Positions 8,176 to 15,660 of a stretch of DNA of 64,000 bases are shown here, one piece after another. The stretch is from Candidatus Sungiibacteriota bacterium. GTDB lineage: Bacteria; Patescibacteriota; Minisyncoccia; Sungbacterales; HO2-52-23. The stretch covers positions 526,823 through 590,822 of the forward strand of contig CP066690.1 in assembly GCA_016432465.1 (NCBI GenBank), given 5' to 3'. The position numbers were made by a program, and so were the translations under genes. The notes under the pieces were generated by a model, which saw only the letters and a program-made list of their open reading frames with translations, had not been told where the DNA came from and made no database searches. Numbering within the stretch: the stretch's first letter is position 1; each line of letters opens with the position of its first letter.

Positions 8176-9962
8176 CCAATCAGGAAATTGCAAAAATTTT
8201 GCAGGAAATGGCCGCCCTCTACGAGATGGAGGGCGTTGAGTTTAAGCCGCGCGCTTACGAGAAAGCCGCGCTTGGGGTGGAAGCGTTGGATACGGAAGTA
8301 AAAGAAATTTATAAAAAGGGCGGATTAAAAGCCCTTGAAGAAGTTCCGGGAGTGGGGCGGGGCATTGCGTATCACATGGAGATGCTTTTGAAAAAAGGCA
8401 GTTTCCCGGAGTATACGCGGCTTAAGAAAAAAATTCCAGTGCGAATTTCAGAGCTTACTTCAGTGGAGGGTGTGGGGCCGAAGATGGCGAAGGTATTGTG
8501 GCAGAAACTTAAAATTCGTAGTCTCGCTGATTTAGAAAAAGCGGCGAGAGCCGGAAAAATCCGAAAGCTTGAAAATTTCGGTGAAAAATCCGAGCAGAAA
8601 ATTTTAAAAGGCATTGGGTTTTTGAAAAAATCAGGCGGCAGACAAATTCTCGGATTTATTCTTCCGGAAATTCGCAATCTTGAGAAAATGATTCAATTTT
8701 TTCCAGAAGTTGACGAAGCGATTGTCTGCGGCTCCGTGCGGCGCCGTAAAGAAACCATTGGCGATATAGATATTTTGGCAACCTCATCAAAGCCCCAAAA
8801 AGTAATGGATAGATTTCTGGGACTGCCATTTATTGCCCATGTTTATGGCAAGGGGCCAACCAAGACCAACGTAAAACTCCGACGTTTTAGTCGGAGCTCC
8901 GACCCCGCGTCGGGGTTAAAAAATGGTCTGGATGCTGATTTGCGTGTAGTTCCCAAAAAATCTTTCGGTGCCGCGGTAAACTATTTTACCGGCTCCAAGG
9001 ACCATAACATCGCGCTTCGGGAAATTGCAATTAAAAAAGGGTGGAAGTTAAACGAGTACGGACTATTTGCGGGAAGTCGGACTTCCTTGAGGAAGTCCGA
9101 CTTCCTTGCCGGACGGACGGAAGAAGAGCTCTACCGGAAACTCGGGCTTCGCTATATTGAACCCGAAATGCGAGAGAATACAGGAGAGATTGAGTCTTCA
9201 CGGCAGAATAAATTACCCAAACTCATTGGCTATGGAGACCTCAAGGGAGATTTACAGGTCCAAACCAATTGGACTGACGGAGAGAACTCTATTGAGGAGA
9301 TGGCGCGAGCGGCCAAAGAGGCGGGGCTTGAATACATCGCGATAACAGACCACACCCGTTCTCTAGCCATGACCGGAGGCGCAGATGAGAAAAAACTCCT
9401 TAGGCAAATGAGAGAAATAGACGAAATCAACCAAAAGCTAAAAGCTAAAAGCTATAAGCTTCACGTGTTGAAGGGTGCTGAAGTAAATATCGGCAAAGAC
9501 GGCTCCTTGGACATCAAGGACGAAGTTTTAAAGAAACTTGATGTGGTTGGCGCGGCCGTGCACAGCCACTTTAATTTATCACGCAGCGAACAAACCAAAC
9601 GTCTTATCCGCGCCATGGAAAATCCAAACGTGGATATTATTTTTCATTTAACCGGTCGCATTATAAACCGCCGCGAGCCGATTGATGTGGATATTGACGA
9701 AATTGTAAAAGCCGCCAAGCGCACCAAAACAATTTTAGAAATTGATGCCTACCCCGACCGTTTGGATATTAAAGACGAATATATCCGCAAGTGCGTTGAA
9801 GCGGGTGTTAAAATGTCTATTGATTCCGACGCGCATTCGGCCCAGCACTACAAGTATTTAGAAATAGGGATAGCGCAGGCGCGAAGGGGTTGGGCAGAGA
9901 AGAAAGATATTATCAATGCGTGGCCGCTGGAGAAGATGAAGGATTTTCTAAGAGATGCTTGA
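8172..9962 (+). CDS. polX: DNA polymerase X family protein with C-terminal PHP domain
   Basis: HhH motifs. Pol-beta nucleotidyltransferase motif GSVRRRKETIGDIDIL. PHP motifs ITDHT and HSH. ATGA overlap with the upstream gene. Confidence 0.85.
   Translation: MTNQEIAKILQEMAALYEMEGVEFKPRAYEKAALGVEALDTEVKEIYKKGGLKALEEVPGVGRGIAYHMEMLLKKGSFPEYTRLKKKIPVRISELTSVEGVGPKMAKVLWQKLKIRSLADLEKAARAGKIRKLENFGEKSEQKILKGIGFLKKSGGRQILGFILPEIRNLEKMIQFFPEVDEAIVCGSVRRRKETIGDIDILATSSKPQKVMDRFLGLPFIAHVYGKGPTKTNVKLRRFSRSSDPASGLKNGLDADLRVVPKKSFGAAVNYFTGSKDHNIALREIAIKKGWKLNEYGLFAGSRTSLRKSDFLAGRTEEELYRKLGLRYIEPEMRENTGEIESSRQNKLPKLIGYGDLKGDLQVQTNWTDGENSIEEMARAAKEAGLEYIAITDHTRSLAMTGGADEKKLLRQMREIDEINQKLKAKSYKLHVLKGAEVNIGKDGSLDIKDEVLKKLDVVGAAVHSHFNLSRSEQTKRLIRAMENPNVDIIFHLTGRIINRREPIDVDIDEIVKAAKRTKTILEIDAYPDRLDIKDEYIRKCVEAGVKMSIDSDAHSAQHYKYLEIGIAQARRGWAEKKDIINAWPLEKMKDFLRDA
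9072..9105. repeat. tandem duplication of a 15-nt palindrome (GGAAGTCNGACTTCC x2) inside polX, in frame
   Basis: ggaagtcggacttcc-ttga-ggaagtccgacttcc, read directly. Confidence 0.7.
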
Positions 9963-9990
9963 CCCCGCACCTTTTTGGCGCAAGTAAAAT

Positions 9991-10266
9991 ATGCACTATA
10001 TTTATATCTTGAAAAGTATTACAGCCAAGATTCTGTACACTGGTCGTACAGAAAATTTGTCCAGAAGAATAAGAGAGCATAACTCCGGTGGTACTTTTAC
10101 TACAAAAAAGTATAAACCACGGGCGTTAGTATAGTGCGAAGGGTATTTTGATATTGAGGACGCTAAGTATAGAGAACGGACCATCAAACAGTTCGGTAGG
10201 GTGTATTCACAGCTCAAACGCAGAATACAAAGAAGCCTTCGCAGCGCCGAAAAGGTGCGGGGTTGA
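9991..10266 (+). pseudogene. GIY-YIG nuclease superfamily protein (UPF0213-like) interrupted by in-frame TAG
   Basis: MHYIYILKS...ILYTGRTENLSRRIREHN is a GIY-YIG signature. TAG at 10132-10134 sits where the conserved Tyr of ..LVY.E.. is expected. The frame continues to TGA at 10264-10266. Confidence 0.6.
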
Positions 10267-10291
10267 CTTTTTGAAGTAAAAAGAATATAAT
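10263..10291 (+). promoter_or_regulatory. sigma70-like promoter (TTGACT -17nt- TATAAT)
   Basis: TTGACT at 10263-10268 and TATAAT at 10286-10291, upstream of the GC-rich ORF. GGGGG SD before the ATG at 10375. Confidence 0.5.
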
Positions 10292-10374
10292 AAAGATATA
10301 GTTCACAGGCCCGCTGAACTTCCGCATGGTGTGGGATAAGGCGTGTCCGTCACAACAAAGAAAGGGGGACAACC

Positions 10375-10968
10375 ATGCCAGAGCATGGAACAACCCAGGC
10401 AGAGTTTGAAGGTCTCTATATTGACCTTCAGTCGGCGGTGCTCCGTCAGCTACCGCGGCCGGCAGCCTTTACCCGCGAGACGCTGAAGAGCCTGCTCGGG
10501 AAGCAGGCGGCACTTCGGCGCGGTTTGGCGCCGCTCGCCAAAGGACTCGTGGACGGCTTCGCTGCCCCACTGCGGCCGATCCTGCAGAACGACAAGCGGC
10601 GGCAGGGATGGACGCTCGTCGACCACACGCCGCGTAGCATCATGGCCGTGTCGGACCTAGAGCTTGTCCCGTTTCTGCGGGACGGCGAGAAGGTTCTCCG
10701 CGGCTACGACATGATGGGCCGCGCGCGCTATGAGTTCGACGCGGACCTCGGCCAAGAGGACGCCGAGTTCATTCTTGAGCGTCAGGCCGAGATTCCAGAG
10801 GAGTTCCGCCAGTACTACCTGGTTTTCCTCAGGACGGTCTGGCTGGCCTCGGACGGCGACCTGTACGTGTCCTGCCTCTACTTCGGCGACGGGCGGTGGT
10901 ACCCGTTCTTCGGCTGGCTCGACTTCGACTTCCGTCCGGGCGTTCGTCTCGCTCGCTTCCGCAAGTAG
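10375..10968 (+). CDS. hypothetical protein, GC-rich (foreign-looking) gene
   Basis: Coding region is markedly more GC-rich than its flanks (third positions mostly G/C). Own promoter and SD. Terminator downstream. No recognisable family. Confidence 0.6.
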   Translation: MPEHGTTQAEFEGLYIDLQSAVLRQLPRPAAFTRETLKSLLGKQAALRRGLAPLAKGLVDGFAAPLRPILQNDKRRQGWTLVDHTPRSIMAVSDLELVPFLRDGEKVLRGYDMMGRARYEFDADLGQEDAEFILERQAEIPEEFRQYYLVFLRTVWLASDGDLYVSCLYFGDGRWYPFFGWLDFDFRPGVRLARFRK

Positions 10969-11023
10969 TCCTTTCACTCTTGGGATTCTGGACAGTTCTT
11001 GTCCTGGATTCCTTGAGAACTTT

Positions 11024-11065
11024 AACGCCTGTGTGGCTTCTCCGCACAGGCGTTCGACATTTTTA
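11024..11065 (+). terminator. rho-independent terminator (imperfect 12-bp stem + TTTTT)
   Basis: AACGCCTGTGTGG..CCGCACAGGCGTT, then CGACATTTTT. Confidence 0.5.
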
Positions 11066-11072
11066 AGTTAAT

Positions 11073-11085
11073 GAGGTTGAACCTC
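11073..11085. repeat. palindromic hairpin GAGGTTGAACCTC (copy 1, left end)
   Basis: Read directly. Confidence 0.8.
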
Positions 11086-11113
11086 ACTAGGAGATGGAGT
11101 ATACTGATCTTGT

Positions 11114-11827
11114 ATGTCAAAACCACAATTCGTTGAGGACAATATCTATCATGTATATAACCGAGGCGTGGAGAAGAGAAACGTATTTCTTCGAGACCGA
11201 GACTACCTCCGTTTTATTCACGATCTCTATGAGTTTAATGATGTCGATCCTGTCTCCAATGTATGGTACTATTTCAACCCAAAATATAATGAGGTTGAAC
11301 CTCATTATATTCCAAAAGAACGGAAGAAACGTAAATTGCTTGTAGAGATTCTGGCATTCGTATTGATGCCGAATCATTATCATCTTCTTTTACGCCAGCT
11401 TCGAGAAAATGGTATTGTAAATTTTATGCAGAAGCTGGGCGGCTACACGATGTATTTTAACAAAGTGAATCAACGGGTTGGTCCACTTTTTCAGGGACGA
11501 TTTAAGGCGGTTGCGGTTACCGAAGAACCCCACTTTATTTACCTGCCGTTCTATATTCATGTTAACCCCATCAAAATCTATCGAGGTTCGACCTCGCTAG
11601 ATAAGACGATGAAGTTCTTAGAATCATATCGCTGGAGCAGCTTTCCCGATTATATTGGAAAAAAGAATTTTCCTTCGATAACTTCGCGCCGATTTCTGCA
11701 TGAATGTTTTGGCGGGGAAAAGGAACAACGGAATGAAATGCGGCAGCTTGTCAAAACGAAATTTGCTGATTTGGAAAAGGTTAGTGAGCTGACCCTCGAT
11801 GATGATTTCGGAATGCTACAAAAATAG
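11114..11827 (+). CDS. Y1 (HUH) transposase, IS200-like / REP-associated tyrosine transposase (RayT/TnpA_REP)-like
   Basis: HUH motif in LMPNHYHLLL. N-terminal IYHVYNRGV. GRFKAV and a Tyr-containing C-terminal region. About 237 aa. Confidence 0.65.
   Translation: MSKPQFVEDNIYHVYNRGVEKRNVFLRDRDYLRFIHDLYEFNDVDPVSNVWYYFNPKYNEVEPHYIPKERKKRKLLVEILAFVLMPNHYHLLLRQLRENGIVNFMQKLGGYTMYFNKVNQRVGPLFQGRFKAVAVTEEPHFIYLPFYIHVNPIKIYRGSTSLDKTMKFLESYRWSSFPDYIGKKNFPSITSRRFLHECFGGEKEQRNEMRQLVKTKFADLEKVSELTLDDDFGMLQK
11291..11303. repeat. palindromic hairpin GAGGTTGAACCTC (copy 2, inside transposase CDS)
   Basis: 18-nt identity with copy 1 (TAATGAGGTTGAACCTCA). Confidence 0.8.
11583..11595. repeat. palindromic hairpin GAGGTTCGACCTC (copy 3, inside transposase CDS)
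   Basis: cgaggttcgacctcgctag, read directly. Confidence 0.75.
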
Positions 11828-11828
11828 C

Positions 11829-11841
11829 GAGGTTCAACCTC
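11829..11841. repeat. palindromic hairpin GAGGTTCAACCTC (copy 4, right end)
   Basis: cgaggttcaacctcactag, immediately after the transposase stop. Confidence 0.8.
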
Positions 11842-12008
11842 ACTAGTTACGGCTGGGTGCATTTTCCCGACCACCGCGTCTTACGAACTACCACCAAAAG
11901 GCGTATGATTAAAAAGTTAGCCGCGGCCAAAACTAAAGCAACCGAGATTTCTTACGCCGGATTTCTCAAACACGGCAGTACTTATAAGTTGAGAGCTTCT
12001 CTTAATTT

Positions 12009-12458
12009 ATGCCCGTTGAACGCTCTGCAGGAATAATAGTTTTTCGCAAGACCCCAAGAGGAAGGAGATATTTGGTTATACGGGCCTCTAGAAATTTTTC
12101 TGAAGTTGCCAAGGGCAGAAAAGTTCATGAATTTTGGGATTTTCCGAAAGGAAGATTGGATAAGGGCGAGACGGGAATTGGCGCTGCTCTGCGGGAAGCA
12201 AAAGAGGAAGTGGGTCTGGACAATTTTGAAGTTGTCCCGGATTTTAAGGAAACCATCCGTTATTTCACGTGGCGTGGCGGAAAACCAATCCCTAAATTTG
12301 TGGCTCTCTTTTTGGCTCGCACCAAAACCAGTAAAGTTAAACTTTCCTGGGAACACGATAAATATGAGTGGCTGTCCTACACTGAAGCTGTGAGGCTGGT
12401 TACTTTGCCACAGATGAAAGATGCGCTGAGGAAGTCAGAGAACTTTTTATCCCGTTAG
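12009..12458 (+). CDS. NUDIX hydrolase
   Basis: Nudix box GRLDKGETGIGAALREAKEEVGL. Confidence 0.85.
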   Translation: MPVERSAGIIVFRKTPRGRRYLVIRASRNFSEVAKGRKVHEFWDFPKGRLDKGETGIGAALREAKEEVGLDNFEVVPDFKETIRYFTWRGGKPIPKFVALFLARTKTSKVKLSWEHDKYEWLSYTEAVRLVTLPQMKDALRKSENFLSR

Positions 12459-12541
12459 AGGCCGCGGTCGCGTATGTTGTAGTATTAAAGATACATAGAT
12501 AAAAATTATCAACACAATTTAGATTTAGTTTGTGGTAGAAA

Positions 12542-12865
12542 ATGGGCAGACCGCGACCTGCCTCTAACGGGATGATTACTAAATTCCAGCAAAAAGTATA
12601 TAATGTAGTTAAAAGAATTCCGGCCGGTCGGGTGATGACTTATGCCGCTGTTGCCAAAGCCGTCGGCAAGCCCAAGACAGTTCGCGCCGTAGGAAACGCG
12701 TTAAATAAAAACAATTTTCGCGATGTTCCTTGCCACCGCGTTATTCGTTCCGACGGAAAAGCCGGAGGATATAACCGCGGAACAAAAAAGAAAATAAAAT
12801 TGCTTCTTCGTGAAGGAATAAAAATTAAAAACGGGAAAATTATAAATGGGAGGTACCATTCTTGA
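12542..12865 (+). CDS. ogt: methylated-DNA-protein-cysteine methyltransferase family protein (MGMT/Ogt, short form)
   Basis: Active-site PCHRV motif (VPCHRVIRSDG). HTH-like DNA-binding region. Start may be the internal M at 12572. Confidence 0.75.
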   Translation: MGRPRPASNGMITKFQQKVYNVVKRIPAGRVMTYAAVAKAVGKPKTVRAVGNALNKNNFRDVPCHRVIRSDGKAGGYNRGTKKKIKLLLREGIKIKNGKIINGRYHS

Positions 12866-13562
12866 GGTAAAAAATCTTTCCGTAACGCTTGATTCCGAAG
12901 AAATACTTCGGGATATTTCTTTTTCCGTAAAAAAAGGAGAGGCCCTCGCGATTATAGGGCCCAACGGCGCAGGAAAAACAGTGCTTTTTCGCGCGCTTCT
13001 GGGCCTCGTTCCTTATAAAGGAGAAATACGCTGGCAGAATAACATCCAAATTGGGTATGTTCCGCAAAAGTTTTTTATTGATCGTTCCACCCCCCTTACC
13101 GTTAGAGAATTCTTCCTTCTTAAGTGTTCCAATTTTTGGTTTCCTCCTAAAAATTTTAAAAAGCATTTGGGGCATGAGCTTACTCTGGTTGGTCTCCCGG
13201 AAGTAATCTTAAAAAAACCGATTTCGGAACTCTCCGGAGGACAAGTGCAGCGTGTTTTAATCTCGTGGGCCATGCTTAATCACCCGGATGTGCTTTTGTT
13301 TGACGAACCAACGTCGGGGATTGATGTTGGGGCCGAGGAGACAATCTATAACTTGATACATAGACTCCAGGATGAGCGGGGGACCACCGTGCTTCTTATC
13401 TCGCACGATCTGGGGGTGGTATATCGCTACGCCGGAAGCGTTCTTTGCATAAATAAACAGCTTGTCTGCTACGGTAATCCGCAGGAAGTATTAAGCCCCC
13501 AAGAACTTACCAAGCTTTACGGCGAAGGACGTTTTTATCATCATTTGGAAAACCGGACATAG
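12846..13562 (+). CDS. ABC transporter ATP-binding protein (metal/Zn-Mn type, ZnuC-like)
   Basis: Walker A GPNGAGKT. LSGGQ signature. Walker B LLFDEPTSGID. Confidence 0.85.
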   Translation: MGGTILEVKNLSVTLDSEEILRDISFSVKKGEALAIIGPNGAGKTVLFRALLGLVPYKGEIRWQNNIQIGYVPQKFFIDRSTPLTVREFFLLKCSNFWFPPKNFKKHLGHELTLVGLPEVILKKPISELSGGQVQRVLISWAMLNHPDVLLFDEPTSGIDVGAEETIYNLIHRLQDERGTTVLLISHDLGVVYRYAGSVLCINKQLVCYGNPQEVLSPQELTKLYGEGRFYHHLENRT

Positions 13563-13570
13563 ATTGTAGT

Positions 13571-14335
13571 ATGGATTCAACCACACTCCAAACATTATTT
13601 ATTGCGCTTGCGGTTGGTGTTGCCTCGGGAAGCATCGGGTCTTTCATAATTTTGAAACGGATGGCGCTGGTGGGAGATGCGCTCTCGCACGTTGCCCTGC
13701 CCGGCATTGCTCTTGCCCTTGCTTACCATGCTGACCCGTTTTTTGGCGTGCTTATTTTTCTCCTATTGGCTGCGGTGTTGATTTGGTTTTTGGAAGGCAA
13801 GACTAAACTCCCGACGGATGCTATAGTGGGGCTTTTATTTACCGCCAGTCTTGCTGTTGGAATTTTAACCATTCCCGATACTGAAATTCTTGAGTCTCTT
13901 TTTGGGACGTTTCCTATTTTCCAGCCGTTTGTTTTTTTTCTGGTACTTGGCGCCGCACTTCTTTTGAGTATTGCCAGTTTTCTATTTGCGAGACGCTTTC
14001 TTTTTGCGATTGTGTCGCCGGAGCTTTCCCGCGTTGAAGGCGGGGGAAGGCGCTTTGACCTCTTTTTGCTTCTAATTTTCTCTTTTGTGGTGGCCCTGGG
14101 CATCAAACTTGCGGGCACACTGCTTATGGGGGCTCTTACCATAATTCCCGCCGCTACTGCTAAAAACATCAGCTTGAGCACCAAAGGGTATATGTTTTGG
14201 AGCGCGTTTCTCGGGGGGGCGGTTTCTGTAGTGGGAGCGTTTTTGGCTTTACGCCTCGGACTTCTGCCCGGTCCGACAATTATACTTCTGGGCGTGGGTT
14301 TTTTCCTTGTGTCACTATTTTTTGCAAGAAAATAA
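13571..14335 (+). CDS. ABC transporter permease (ABC-3/ZnuB-like metal permease)
   Basis: About 8 TM helices. Downstream of the ZnuC-like ATPase. Confidence 0.7.
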   Translation: MDSTTLQTLFIALAVGVASGSIGSFIILKRMALVGDALSHVALPGIALALAYHADPFFGVLIFLLLAAVLIWFLEGKTKLPTDAIVGLLFTASLAVGILTIPDTEILESLFGTFPIFQPFVFFLVLGAALLLSIASFLFARRFLFAIVSPELSRVEGGGRRFDLFLLLIFSFVVALGIKLAGTLLMGALTIIPAATAKNISLSTKGYMFWSAFLGGAVSVVGAFLALRLGLLPGPTIILLGVGFFLVSLFFARK

Positions 14336-14341
14336 CCCCTC

Positions 14342-14365
14342 CGGCGAAGGGGAGGTATTCAGTTG
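14342..14365. terminator. bidirectional terminator hairpin (CCTCCCC/GGAGGGG-like stem; U-rich on minus strand)
   Basis: cccctccggcgaaggggagg, flanked by aaaataa on + (UUAUUUU on the minus transcript) and a tattcagttgtttg tail on +. Confidence 0.45.
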
Positions 14366-14447
14366 TTTGCACACTTACTAACGATCGGTTTTAAGTGTAC
14401 AAATCAGGAAACCATACACGTAGCGAAGCGGCGTATGGGGGAGGAGG

Positions 14448-14792
14448 TCATTTTATAGACTCCAGCAACTTTTGAAATACAGGCGGATGCTGCTCGGCAA
14501 GCTCTGCTAAAATTTTTCGGTCAAGCTGAATGTTTTTTTTGTGCAATCCTGCGAAAAATTTACTATAGGATAGGCCCTGCGCCCGGACAGCGGCGTTAAT
14601 TTTTGTCTGCCAAAGCCGGCGAAAATCGCGTTTACGCTGTTTCCTTCCCACGAAAGCGTGGGGCCAAGCGTGCAAAAGCGCCTCGCGCGCGAGACGTTCT
14701 TTTGATTTTCTGCCCCAGCGAAAACCCTTGGCGTATTTTAAAAGCTTCTCCCGTTTTTTGTGGGCGATAACGCCGCGCTTTACTCGTGTCAT
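14448..14792 (-). CDS. rplT: 50S ribosomal protein L20
   Basis: MTRVKRGVIAHKKREKLLKYAKGFRWGRK..., typical L20. Confidence 0.9.
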   Translation of the reverse strand: MTRVKRGVIAHKKREKLLKYAKGFRWGRKSKERLAREALLHAWPHAFVGRKQRKRDFRRLWQTKINAAVRAQGLSYSKFFAGLHKKNIQLDRKILAELAEQHPPVFQKLLESIK

Positions 14793-14971
14793 AGTTGATT
14801 CATATAGACCTTAAGTTTCCGCTCGCCCCTACCGCCAACGCGTGTCATTGTCTTTTTTCTTAACTGCACCCTTCTTGATGCCTTTGCATTAAAATGATTC
14901 TGCCCCGATTTGCGGTACAGAAGTTTTCCGGTTTTTGTGATTTTGATGCGTTTTAGTACGGCTTTCCTCAT
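14789..14971 (-). CDS. rpmI: 50S ribosomal protein L35
   Basis: KRIKITKTGKLLYRKSGQNHFNAKASRRVQLRKK pattern. ATGA overlap with rplT. Confidence 0.8.
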   Translation of the reverse strand: MRKAVLKRIKITKTGKLLYRKSGQNHFNAKASRRVQLRKKTMTRVGGRGERKLKVYMNQL

Positions 14972-15090
14972 ACCGTTAGAGATTTATCCCGTTAGAGATT
15001 TATTACGTATGGAAACATGCAGTAAGACGCGTTCCGCATACATTGATATCCCACAGACCGCATTTAGTTCCATATCTCTAACGGGACTCA

Positions 15091-15579
15091 TTATTTTTTA
15101 GTTAGGATTGCAATAAACCCCTGCGGAAATCTTTTGGGCGGCGACTCAAGATTAAATTCCACCGGAATCATAGTAAGGAATTCGTTGAATTTCTGCAAGG
15201 CAACATTTCCGTGCGCTTTTTCCCGTCCCCGCAGGCGCATGTCAATTCTTACTTTGTCCCCCCTCTCTAAAAATTTTTTAGCCTGCCCCGCACGCAGTCC
15301 AAGATCGTGTTTGCCGGTCGTAAATCCGATGCGTATCATTTTAACTTCGGATTCTTTTTGTTTTTTACCGTGTTCCCGCTCTCCCTTTTCGCGTTGATAC
15401 TTAAACTTCCCAAAATCCATTATCTTTGCAACCGGCGGATTTGCGGTTGGCGCAATTTCAATCAAATCCAACCCTTTCTCTTGGGCAATACGCAAGGCCT
15501 CGGCAGTTTCTATGGTTCCGAGGTTTTTGCCGTCCTCGTCAATGACCCTGACGGGCGAGACGCGGATATATTGGTTTAT
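15091..15579 (-). CDS. infC: translation initiation factor IF-3
   Basis: INQYIRVSPVRVIDEDGKNLG...LDLIEIAP...PPVAKIMDFGKFKYQ. The frame upstream of the track's TTG has no ATG/GTG/TTG/ATT. Candidate AUA starts at 15577-15579 or 15595-15597 (minus strand). Confidence 0.8.
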   Translation of the reverse strand: MNQYIRVSPVRVIDEDGKNLGTIETAEALRIAQEKGLDLIEIAPTANPPVAKIMDFGKFKYQREKGEREHGKKQKESEVKMIRIGFTTGKHDLGLRAGQAKKFLERGDKVRIDMRLRGREKAHGNVALQKFNEFLTMIPVEFNLESPPKRFPQGFIAILTKK

Positions 15580-15611
15580 ATAATAACGGCGTTGTATAAA
15601 GTTATTTTATC

Positions 15612-15639
15612 GGACGACGTCAGACGTCGTCTTTTTTTA
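15612..15639 (+). terminator. perfect 9-bp hairpin GACGACGTC-A-GACGTCGTC followed by TTTTTTT (terminator-like on + strand; function unclear)
   Basis: Read directly. Lies between the ssrA 3' end and the infC start. Confidence 0.4.
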
Positions 15640-15660
15640 GATAAATTAGTCTTTAGACTC

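Larger units (their letters stand above)
11066..11852 (+). mobile_element. IS200/IS605-family element (single Y1 HUH transposase ORF flanked by subterminal hairpins)
   Basis: Transposase ORF bracketed by GAGGTTGAACCTCACTAG (left) and GAGGTTCAACCTCACTAG (right) palindromic hairpins. Confidence 0.5.

Noticed and set aside
10446-11071. Several long antisense or alternative-frame ORFs (10446-10643, 10657-10977, 10730-11071, 10829-11047)
   Set aside because: They are artefacts of the stop-codon-poor GC-rich segment. The sense ORF 10375-10968 has the promoter, SD and terminator.
11094-11345. 83-aa plus-strand ORF overlapping the transposase start in another frame
   Set aside because: The transposase frame (11114-11827) carries the conserved HUH motifs. 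The alternative frame is low-complexity.
15612-15639. Hairpin plus T7 considered as the ssrA or infC terminator
   Set aside because: The T-run follows the hairpin only on the plus strand, while both flanking genes are minus-strand. It is kept only as an orphan hairpin of uncertain function.
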